A stretch of DNA of 17,139 nucleotides from a candidate division FCPU426 bacterium (GTDB lineage Bacteria; Oederibacteriota; Muellerivitia; Muellerivitales; Muellerivitaceae): contig CAWKAR010000059.1 of assembly GCA_963847625.1 (NCBI GenBank), positions 1 through 17,139 on the forward strand, given 5' to 3'. Below the pieces are notes generated by a model. It was not told where the DNA came from and ran no database searches. It saw only the letters and a program-made list of their open reading frames with translations. Both the position numbers and the translations under genes were made by a program. This document shows positions 7,844 to 14,308 of this stretch, piece after piece (the first letter of the stretch is position 1; each line of letters starts with the position of its first letter).

Positions 7844-8875
7844 ATGAAAAAAATATTTTTCATCATTATCTTAGGGCTGTCCCTATTCGCGACTAAGGCC
7901 GTGCCGGGAGAGGGGCCGATTCGGTTGACCATCGGAGAATCAAAGCTCATCAACGTTGAATCGGCGAAAAAAGTCGCCGTTGGAAATCCCTCCGTCGCCG
8001 ACGTGACCTCGGTCAGCGACCAGGAAATCCTCATATCCGCCAAATCCATTGGCAGTACCAACCTCATTTTCATCTCCCCCGACGGGGATAAAGTCAGTCG
8101 GACCATCTTGGTCTCCTCACATAGCCTAAGGAAATCCATGGTGGAAGTGGGAGTGGAAATAATGGAAATCGACTCCCAAAGCGCGCTGAAAGCAGGATTG
8201 AGTTGGGGCTCCGTCACTTCCGGGCCCGTTTCGAGTTCCTCCGGTGGCTCCACCGCCAGTTCTTCTGCGAGCACATCCATCACCGGTAACAATATTTCAA
8301 TCGCGGAGAGCTCGCCCCCTCCCCTGACTGCCTTTGGTTCTTTCGCACGTCAGTCCTTGGCCGCGAGCGTCCAGCTTTTAGTCAACCGCGGGAAAGCCAA
8401 AATCCTATCCAAGCCGAAACTATTGGCGGTTAGTGGGGAGGAGGCTAGCTTCTTGGCGGGTGGGGAAATCCCGTACATCGTTGAGACGAAAATCGGGTCC
8501 GCAACGGTCGAGTGGAAACCCTACGGGGTCAAGTTGAACATCAAGCCATCCATCGAAGCCGATGGCAACATATCCGCCAACTTGCGCGCGGAAGTCAGTG
8601 GAATAGACCTTCAGAACGGCCTGGCCATGAACGGCACGGTCGTACCGGCCTTGCGCACCCGGTGGGCGGAGACATCGGTTTACATGAAAAGCGGGAGCAC
8701 GCTGGTCATCGCGGGCTTGATTGACGAACAGACCCAGAAACTGACCTCCGGGATCCCCATCCTGAGCGACATCCCTGTGCTGGGGGAGCTGTTCCGGTTC
8801 ACGGACAGCGTGAAAACCCAGACTGAGCTGGTGATCTTCGTGACGCCGTCGTTGGTGGGCCAGGGCGAGATTTAA
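7844..8875 (+). CDS. cpaC: Tad secretin CpaC/RcpA (compact, 343 aa)
   Basis: Signal peptide, pilus N-terminal domain (KVAVGNPSVADV), and secretin motifs AKILSKPKL, GEEASFLAGGEIP, GIPILSDIPVLGELFR and TELVIFVTP. AAGGAGG RBS before ATG 7844. Confidence 0.93.
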   Translation: MKKIFFIIILGLSLFATKAVPGEGPIRLTIGESKLINVESAKKVAVGNPSVADVTSVSDQEILISAKSIGSTNLIFISPDGDKVSRTILVSSHSLRKSMVEVGVEIMEIDSQSALKAGLSWGSVTSGPVSSSSGGSTASSSASTSITGNNISIAESSPPPLTAFGSFARQSLAASVQLLVNRGKAKILSKPKLLAVSGEEASFLAGGEIPYIVETKIGSATVEWKPYGVKLNIKPSIEADGNISANLRAEVSGIDLQNGLAMNGTVVPALRTRWAETSVYMKSGSTLVIAGLIDEQTQKLTSGIPILSDIPVLGELFRFTDSVKTQTELVIFVTPSLVGQGEI

Positions 8876-9056
8876 CCGGGGTTTCGATTATAAAAAGAGG
8901 GTCCCGGGAAACGCTGAACCGGCAAACTGGGTGATAGGCAAATTCACCCTGCCGTTTCCGGCCCCTTAGATATAATCCCCCCATGGATTTATCCCGTGGC
9001 TTAGTTTTTCCTGGGTGCCCAAAATGGGCAGATTCAACGATCCATAAGGGGGAATC

Positions 9057-9773
9057 ATGAGGTCATTCTTATTTTTCGCCCTGCTGGCTCTTTCCGGCCT
9101 CTTCCTCATCTCCTGCTCCGGCAACAAGAATTCCACGAACCCGAACCCCACTCCCGTCCAGACCATCGGGCCGAAATGCCCCTATATCACAGGGGGCATT
9201 GAAATGCTGAACGGCTCCACGCAAGCGACTTTGATGACGTTCTGCATCGACGACGCGGCCGTCACCGACGCGGCCATGACCTTGACCGGGCCCTCGGGCC
9301 TGGCCCAGCCCCTGACCTACAATTCCACCTATGGAAGCGCCGGAAGCTACGTTACCTGGTATTATTCGGGCACCTCCTGGACCTACATCCCCAACCAGCC
9401 CTATACCATGACGGTCATTTACAACGGCACCACCTACCAGGCTTCGGTCACCTCGGTGGGCAGCGTTACCTTCAACCATGGCCCGGCAGGCGTGACCGTG
9501 ACCTGGGTAGGGGGCGGCAACCAGAATACTTGCTACGCCACGCAGACTTCGGGGGGCACCAACAGTTACAGCTGGGGTAACCAAGGTTTTTCCTACACCG
9601 GCAATATCGCCTCCCCCTTCTATATCGCCCAGTCCACCCTGGCGGGATACACGGGGGGGAATTACAGCCTGAGGTTGCAAACTACGAACTACAACTACAA
9701 TGGTTTCGAGACCGCCGGCGGGTATTACGCGTCCTTTTTCGGCGCCCGCGACGATGAAACCGTGGCTTATTGA
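9057..9773 (+). CDS. Lipoprotein of unknown function (Tyr/Gly/Thr-rich, beta-rich)
   Basis: Lipobox FLIS|C, short NPNPTP linker, GGGGG RBS and high GC3. Confidence 0.85.
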   Translation: MRSFLFFALLALSGLFLISCSGNKNSTNPNPTPVQTIGPKCPYITGGIEMLNGSTQATLMTFCIDDAAVTDAAMTLTGPSGLAQPLTYNSTYGSAGSYVTWYYSGTSWTYIPNQPYTMTVIYNGTTYQASVTSVGSVTFNHGPAGVTVTWVGGGNQNTCYATQTSGGTNSYSWGNQGFSYTGNIASPFYIAQSTLAGYTGGNYSLRLQTTNYNYNGFETAGGYYASFFGARDDETVAY

Positions 9774-9908
9774 TCCGAGTCTTTGCTACTTCCGTAACAA
9801 CCATCCCGCCGGCCCCGAGACGTGGATAGCGCTTTAAAATAATTCTGTGTTTTTAGCAAATCCCATGAATCCCATGCATCCCAGCTAATAATGGGCTTTT
9901 AATATGTC

Positions 9909-9953
9909 GTACCGATTTCAATTGAATATTATTCCATTAATGAAAATCGGCAC
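9909..9953. repeat. Single palindrome of the RTRCC...GGYAY family
   Basis: GTACCGATTTCA...TGAAAATCGGCAC, with no partner hairpin. Confidence 0.85.
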
Positions 9954-10095
9954 ACCCACCCGTTGGTCGCTATCGAGCCCAAGGGCGACAGAATTCGTCG
10001 AGACTTGCCCCTAGGTTTGAAAACCTCGGGGCGGGGAAAGTTAAACTCCGGGGCATTTTCAAGGGAAGAAACGGTTTTACCGGGAAGCAAAGCTT

Positions 10096-10148
10096 AGATT
10101 ATTGAGAAAGCCAATTGAAGATGTCCACGACCGTTTGCGAGGGGGTCC
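10096..10148 (-). pseudogene. Duplicated 3' end (16 codons plus stop) of the CBM-like gene at 16107
   Basis: 53 bp matching 16104..16156 with one mismatch. Encodes TPSQTVVDIFNWLSQ*. Confidence 0.85.
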
Positions 10149-10261
10149 TGGACCCCAACTGGAAGGACGACTCGCCGCCGGTGGATTCCTTCCCCTATTA
10201 CCTGGACGGCATCCCGCCCTACCGCCGCGCTATAAAACCAATTATGAATTCTAAATTTTGA
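10145..10261 (+). pseudogene. Orphan 3' end of an unidentified gene
   Basis: Reads VLDPNWKDDSPPVDSFPYYLDGIPPYRRAIKPIMNSKF* with strongly GC3-biased codons. Repeated from 10188 onward at 12466. Confidence 0.55.
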
Positions 10262-10292
10262 ATTGTGGAGGATTTTCGAACCGCGAAAATCA
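10240..10292 (+). repeat. Heptamer-plus-hairpin direct repeat, copy 1 (alpha type)
   Basis: AATTATG-AATTCTA-AATTTTG-AATTG, then hairpin GATTTTCG-aaccg-CGAAAATC. Confidence 0.85.
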
Positions 10293-10572
10293 ACGCAGTA
10301 TTCAATTTTCAACACATCAAAAGGGATCTGGGCAAGTTTTGAATTCTTAATTCTAAATTGGGGGGTAATCTTTGATTTCCTAGATGTAAATCCGGGATTG
10401 TGGTGGAGGAAGCAGGAGCCCAATTTGGGCAAGGCCACTGGCCATCCGGCCCAAAAATGAACTAACCGGGATAATGCCGCTTTTGAATTCGATATTAAAT
10501 AAATTTGAAGGCGTTATACTATTTCGGCGAATTTAAAGGGTTGAAAAACCAAGCCCGTCAAAGGAGCCCCCC

Positions 10573-11208
10573 ATGAAATCCATCCCTAGGATGCCCTTGC
10601 TGGTCCTCCTTCCTTTTTTATTACTGCCCTTGGCTTGCAACAGCAACAACCCGGCGACATCCGCGCCGGTCACCGTCATCATCCAACAACCGTCCGGCAC
10701 AAACCCCACTCCCTCACCCACATCCGCTCCTTCCACCTTCATAATCTGGCAGAATGGGACGGCGGGTTGCTATCAGGGGAATTGTTTAATTGACCAGATT
10801 TTTATTTTGGTCGGCGGCACAACCCAAGTGACGGGCAACGCGCTGGAATGGGACAGTGATTCGACCTACTGTAACCCTGGTCTATATGGGGGCGTCTCGA
10901 ACCAAGCCGATGTGACCGCTTACGCGAACGGGCACCTTCAAATGGACATGAAGTTGGGCCTTAGTCCCGCTTCCTACAACAACATTTACGTCGGTAGCGG
11001 TGTCTTATACAACTTGAACTTAGCCCTTTTAAACACCTCGAGCTTTACCCATGTTTCCGTTCCCTTGGATTTGGCCTCGGCAGGCCCCAATCTTTCCCTT
11101 TGGAACGGGCCCTTTGTTCAAATCCAACTCTATTGTTTTGGCGGCGGCAGTTTCCCCGCCAGCGGCCCCCTGCTTTACCTCAACAACGTCGAATGGACTT
11201 CCAATTAA
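10573..11208 (+). CDS. Lipoprotein with a probable CBM-like (galactose-binding-fold) domain
   Basis: Lipobox LPLA|C and PT linker. C-terminal pattern YANGHLQMDM...FTHVSVPL...LYLNNVEW is typical of CBM-like beta-sandwiches (recognised by eye). AAGGAG RBS. Confidence 0.75.
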   Translation: MKSIPRMPLLVLLPFLLLPLACNSNNPATSAPVTVIIQQPSGTNPTPSPTSAPSTFIIWQNGTAGCYQGNCLIDQIFILVGGTTQVTGNALEWDSDSTYCNPGLYGGVSNQADVTAYANGHLQMDMKLGLSPASYNNIYVGSGVLYNLNLALLNTSSFTHVSVPLDLASAGPNLSLWNGPFVQIQLYCFGGGSFPASGPLLYLNNVEWTSN

Positions 11209-11212
11209 GGGC

Positions 11213-12175
11213 ATGAACCGAAAATCAAAATTTGGTTCCACTTGGACGGCGTTTTTTTTCCTCCTGGCCGGAGCCGCCGCCGCGCTCATCACCGCCGCAG
11301 ATGATTTATTGCAAGGCAATCAGTTTTACGCCCAAAAAGACTATCAAAAGGCATCGCAAAGCTACCAAGCCGCCATCGAGTTGGATCCCCGTTCATTTTT
11401 GGCCTACCAGGGTTTGGGAAATTGCGAATATTACCTTGGGAAAAAATCCGAGGCCTTGGCGGCCTACCAAAAGGCCTTGGAACTGAACCCCCAGAACAGC
11501 CAGTTGGCCTCCTTTGTCGAGAGAATGAAATCCTGGGCCGCTGGGCCGGCGGCCGCCGGAAAAACAACCTCCCCCAACCAGGTCGCGCCGCTTTCCCTGG
11601 CGAAAAATTTTGAACTTTCCGCCATGGGAGGGGTCCCTTTCACCAAATTGGATCAAGCGGGGGGCGTCAAAACGGGCGTGGGCGGGGGTTTGGATGGGGA
11701 TTACCTGGTCCTGCCCTGGTTGGGCCTAGGCGCGTCACTCGGGTACCATTCCTTTAACTATGAATACAATTCCCTCACTATCCTGACGGGGACGGGCAGC
11801 GTCGTTATTCACGACCAGGTCAGTTTGGGGTATGGGGATCTCTTGGCGACAGCCAAGACCCGTATCGGCACCCGGGGGTTCAACCCCTACCTTTTCGGGG
11901 GGGCGGGGATCTGCGTTAATACGGTATCGACTACAGCCGAACAAGTGACGACGGTCAATGGTTCTTCTCCCGGTGGAAACACGGTGACCACCCACCCGCT
12001 CGGCACCAGAAGTATTTCATCGGTCTACCCCGAGGTCGCCGGGGGTTGCGGCTTGGCTGTATTATTCGGGCCGGGCCTGGGTTTATTCATCCAGGGGAAA
12101 TATTGCCTAGTTCTCAACAACATCGGGAACGCTTCCTTTATTCCGGTGGAAGGCGGCCTTGATCTGTTGTTTTAG
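11213..12175 (+). CDS. TPR repeat plus outer-membrane beta-barrel protein
   Basis: Signal peptide, TPRs (YQAAIELDP, AYQGLG, YQKALELNP), amphipathic strands with NPYLFGGAG, and a C-terminal Phe. ATG 11213 lies 4 nt after the upstream stop. Confidence 0.85.
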   Translation: MNRKSKFGSTWTAFFFLLAGAAAALITAADDLLQGNQFYAQKDYQKASQSYQAAIELDPRSFLAYQGLGNCEYYLGKKSEALAAYQKALELNPQNSQLASFVERMKSWAAGPAAAGKTTSPNQVAPLSLAKNFELSAMGGVPFTKLDQAGGVKTGVGGGLDGDYLVLPWLGLGASLGYHSFNYEYNSLTILTGTGSVVIHDQVSLGYGDLLATAKTRIGTRGFNPYLFGGAGICVNTVSTTAEQVTTVNGSSPGGNTVTTHPLGTRSISSVYPEVAGGCGLAVLFGPGLGLFIQGKYCLVLNNIGNASFIPVEGGLDLLF

Positions 12176-12214
12176 ACATAATGATGCTGTCCACGGCGGG
12201 GCTTTTCGCTCCGC

Positions 12215-12290
12215 ATGCCAGCCTCCCATTAAATTTTTAATGTGGCTGGTATTGCACCGATCTCAATTTATCTTTATGGTTGATCGGCAC
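12215..12290. repeat. Paired-palindrome element, copy 4 (hairpins 12215-12252 and 12254-12290)
   Basis: ATGCCAGCC...GGCTGGTAT, one base (T), then GCACCGATC...GATCGGCAC. Enclosed by GCTTTTCGCT/AGCGAAAAGC. Confidence 0.85.
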
Positions 12291-12315
12291 AGCGAAAAGC
12301 AGTGACCAAGCCCCC

Positions 12316-12392
12316 ATACCAGCCTTCCATAAAAATATTTATTGGGACTGGCATAGTACCGATTTCCATATTTATTTCTTGAGAATCGGCAC
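12316..12392. repeat. Paired-palindrome element, copy 5 (hairpins 12316-12354 and 12356-12392)
   Basis: ATACCAG...CTGGCAT, one base (A), then GTACCGATT...AATCGGCAC. Enclosed by ACCAAGC/GCTTGGT. Confidence 0.85.
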
Positions 12393-12465
12393 AGCTTGGT
12401 GCAGGGGCAGTGGACGATAATTTTACGGTCTTTTCGGCTTTGAACGCCCCCCCAAAACCCTTTTA

Positions 12466-12589
12466 CCTTCCCCTATTACCTGGACGGCATCCCGCCCTAC
12501 CGCCACGCTATAAAACCAATTATGAATTCTGAATTCTAAATTTTGAATTGAGGCGGTTTTCAAACTGCGAAAATCATCAATAAATTAAG
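12466..12589 (+). repeat. Gene-end remnant plus heptamer-plus-hairpin repeat, copy 2 (beta type)
   Basis: 12466..12550 is nearly identical to 10188..10265 (one substitution, one extra heptamer). 12534..12589 matches 16050..16105 with 3 mismatches. Confidence 0.9.
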
Positions 12590-12646
12590 GAACTTGTCCA
12601 CGACGGGGAGGTGAATTGGACAACGAGAAAATGGATAATGGTCCCT

Positions 12647-12670
12647 GCTCCACGCTGAGGGGCGTGGAGC
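12647..12670. other. GC-rich hairpin
   Basis: GCTCCACGC-tgaggg-GCGTGGAGC, a perfect 9-bp stem with no U-tract. Confidence 0.6.
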
Positions 12671-12767
12671 CTGACCCCAATTTGCACAAATTGTTTTTCG
12701 GCACAATAGCCGCTGTGGTAAAATCATCCATTGTTTTTACGATTCTTGTTCCAATGGGGGGTACGGT

Positions 12768-13862
12768 ATGGCGCCATCTTTACGATTACACGTTGCGGTG
12801 GTTTGCGGTTTACTGATAGGGATGGCCTGGGTTTCGCTGGCCTGCAACGGCAAACAGGGCCCGGCGGGCCCCCCGGGGTCTCCCGTGACCGTCGTCTATG
12901 TGTCTGGGACACCTTCTTACCTCACCCAATGGGGCCAATATGGGAATTACAGCTCCGCTCCCACAATCGGCGCCGGGTATTTCTACTCTCCCTATGGAGT
13001 AGCGGTGGATGCCTTGGGCTACGTGTACGTGGCGGACACTAACAACCACCGCATCCAGAAATTCACCTCCAGCGGCGTTCCTGTGACCATGTGGGGCCAA
13101 TACGGGGATTATAGCTCCACTCCCGCGAGCGGCGCCGGGTATTTCAACTATCCCTATGGAGTAGCGGTGGATACCTTGGGCAACGTGTACGTTGCGGACA
13201 CTAACAACCACCGCATCCAGATATTCAACCCCAACGGCGCTCCCATCGCCATGTGGGGCCAATATGGGAATTACAGCTCCGCTCCCACAATCGGCGCCGG
13301 GTATTTCAACTATCCCTCTGTAGTGGCGGTGGATGCCTCGGGCAACGTGTACGTGGCGGACACTAACAACGACCGCATCCAGAAATTCAACTCCAGCGGC
13401 GTTCCTGTGACCATGTGGGGCCAATACGGGGATTACAGCTCCACTCCCGCGAGCGGCGCCGGGTATTTCCACTTTCCTCAAGGTGTGGCGGTGGATGCCT
13501 CAGGTAACGTGTACGTGGCGGACACTAACAACGACCGCATCCAGAAATTCAACTCCAACGGCGTTCCCGTGACCATGTGGGGCCAATTCGGGAATTACCA
13601 AAGCAATCCCGCGAGCGGCGCCGGGTATTTCTACTATCCCTATGAATTAGCGGTGGATGCCTCGGGCAACGTGTACGTGGCGGACGCTGGCAACTACCGC
13701 ATCCAGAAATTCAACTCCAGTGGTACCTTTGTTACCATGTGGGGGGTTTTTGGCGCGACTTCGGGAAAATTCAACGTTCCGAACGGGGTGGCTGTGGACG
13801 CCAGCGGCTACATTTACGTTGCCGACACGAACAACTACCGCATCCAGGTATTCGCCCCATAA
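12768..13862 (+). CDS. NHL-repeat six-bladed beta-propeller lipoprotein
   Basis: Lipobox SLA|C, short collagen-like GKQGPAGPPG, and six repeats of FxxPxGVAVDxxGNVYVADTxNxRIQKF. Confidence 0.93.
   Translation: MAPSLRLHVAVVCGLLIGMAWVSLACNGKQGPAGPPGSPVTVVYVSGTPSYLTQWGQYGNYSSAPTIGAGYFYSPYGVAVDALGYVYVADTNNHRIQKFTSSGVPVTMWGQYGDYSSTPASGAGYFNYPYGVAVDTLGNVYVADTNNHRIQIFNPNGAPIAMWGQYGNYSSAPTIGAGYFNYPSVVAVDASGNVYVADTNNDRIQKFNSSGVPVTMWGQYGDYSSTPASGAGYFHFPQGVAVDASGNVYVADTNNDRIQKFNSNGVPVTMWGQFGNYQSNPASGAGYFYYPYELAVDASGNVYVADAGNYRIQKFNSSGTFVTMWGVFGATSGKFNVPNGVAVDASGYIYVADTNNYRIQVFAP
12930..13858 (+). repeat. Intragenic 162-bp tandem repeat (6 NHL blades)
   Basis: TGGGG anchors at 12930, 13092, 13254, 13416, 13578 and 13740, an exact 162-bp period. 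Confidence 0.95.
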
Positions 13863-13926
13863 ATACATGAAAACAAAAGTTTTATTTTTTACGAACACAA
13901 AGGGGTCCGGGGGCACCATAAACCAA

Positions 13927-13993
13927 CCCTTCGACGGGGCTCAGGGCTGGTTTTGAATTTTAAATTGTGGTGGATTTTCGAACCGCGAAAATC
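13927..13993 (+). repeat. REP-like CCCTTCGA..CTCAGGG hairpin plus heptamer-plus-hairpin repeat, copy 3 (alpha type)
   Basis: CCCTTCGACGGGGCTCAGGG, then TTTTGAATTTTAAATTGTGGTGGATTTTCGAACCGCGAAAATCA, which matches 10261..10292. Confidence 0.85.
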
Positions 13994-14037
13994 ATCGCGG
14001 ATTTGAATTGTGATGGGTTCTTAAATCAGGTGAAAGC

Positions 14038-14268
14038 TTATTTATTCTTAGGCAACACCAGGGGCGAAACCTGCTTGGCTCCCCTCTTGGCCGTCCCGCT
14101 GATTTTCTTCACGGGCTTGGCCTTCTTGGCGTGCCGGCCCCTGGCATGGTCCTTCTCATGGTCCAGGACCCACTGGGGTTTATCTTTTTTCGCGGGCGCC
14201 TGCGCCCAAACCGCTGTTCCAGCACCCGCTATAAATAGAACGCAGACCGCTAATAGTATTTTTTTCAT
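14038..14268 (-). CDS. Small secreted Lys-rich protein
   Basis: Sec signal peptide MKKILLAVCVLFIAGAGTAVWA|Q, AGGAGA RBS, and position 40 nt downstream of the LRR gene on the same strand. Confidence 0.75.
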   Translation of the reverse strand: MKKILLAVCVLFIAGAGTAVWAQAPAKKDKPQWVLDHEKDHARGRHAKKAKPVKKISGTAKRGAKQVSPLVLPKNK

Positions 14269-14308
14269 GGTTCCATCTCCTGAGAATGAATAGGTTCTTC
14301 TTCCACCC

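Noticed and set aside
8904..8961. c-di-GMP-I riboswitch (GGCAAA motifs)
   Set aside because: The GNRA-capped P2 and the GCAAAG/CTAA P3 features are missing.
10094..10460. ORFs 10094..10438 (-) and 10263..10460 (+)
   Set aside because: They are built from repeat and remnant DNA (NSKFRIHN-type heptamer translations) and are unlikely to be real genes.
11213..12175. Slam or TadD pilotin assignment
   Set aside because: The barrel is too small for Slam. There is no lipobox and the C-terminal barrel is unlike TadD.
12810..13481. 223-aa antisense ORF
   Set aside because: It is the antisense shadow of the GC3-rich NHL repeats.
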